Shown here: positions 37,343-37,358 of the stretch, piece by piece | How the letters are laid out: the number at the start of each line of letters is the position of its first letter | Numbering within the stretch: position 1 is the first letter of the stretch | Assembly (NCBI GenBank): GCA_000320545.1 | Contig: ADNK01001046.1 | Span: forward strand, 1-37,358 | Direction: 5' to 3' | Length of the DNA stretch: 37,358 bases | Origin: Bigelowiella natans CCMP2755 | Taxonomy: Eukaryota > Protista > Cercozoa | Translations under genes and position numbers: made by a program | Notes under the pieces: generated by a model | What the model was told of the DNA's origin: nothing | Seen by the model: the letters and a program-made list of their open reading frames with translations, nothing else | Databases searched by the model: none

Positions 37343-37358
37343 CATATGTGTGTGTGTG
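33350..37358 (+). CDS. HEATR5: HEAT repeat protein HEATR5 / SWEETIE / Laa1 family (AP-1 accessory), 5' part; runs off the right end
   Basis: Spliced N-terminus parallels HEATR5B: LRREVGLFLAAILSDG, NRLCSLECI, FFPQIITIVTKQIRDSNDEIRELSLE, AADRNSARVRYCAGRAV, PCQKALNDPNSEVRICFAAALGCVFA, CMVYVLWNGL. The first exon is a putative 9 nt (ATG CCG ACG|gtaaac). Confidence 0.72.
35441..35520. repeat. (GTA/GCT/GTT)n trinucleotide microsatellite in a HEATR5 intron
   Basis: Directly visible; source of the spurious polyQ/polyV ORFs. Confidence 0.9.

Noticed and set aside
1-37358. tRNA or rRNA genes and autonomous transposons
   Set aside because: No recognisable cloverleaf, rRNA motif or transposase/RT signature on reading; a covariance-model scan was not possible.

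Overview
Gene-dense eukaryotic nuclear DNA from an alga with a complex plastid, most likely a chlorarachniophyte. That taxonomy is inferred from signal peptide plus basic transit-like leaders lacking an ASAFAP-type motif, short introns and microsatellite-laden introns. By hand-splicing GT-AG introns I find 13 protein genes, in order: BT1 folate/biopterin transporter (-, runs off the left edge), GT8 glycosyltransferase (+), HSP20 (-), unknown acidic protein with bipartite leader (+), calmodulin-like (-), plastid SH3-like/PAP-fibrillin fusion (-), tafazzin (+), WDR18/Ipi3 (-), dynactin p25 (+), hypothetical (-), hypothetical membrane protein with an internal in-frame TAA (+), CCDC25 (-) and HEATR5/SWEETIE/Laa1 (+, runs off the right edge). 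Most short ORFs in the supplied track are artefacts of microsatellites. The most striking feature is architectural. Twelve genes form six head-to-head pairs, five with ATG-to-ATG gaps of about 400-530 bp. Every interval downstream of a gene 3' end carries a 300-700 bp island rich in CATG/TGCA/CACA/CTAG, and no such island is seen in divergent promoters or introns. Two islands share a ~75 bp, ~90% identical element with a conserved hairpin, at nearly the same distance from a minus-strand stop codon. Exon boundaries are manual predictions without transcript support.
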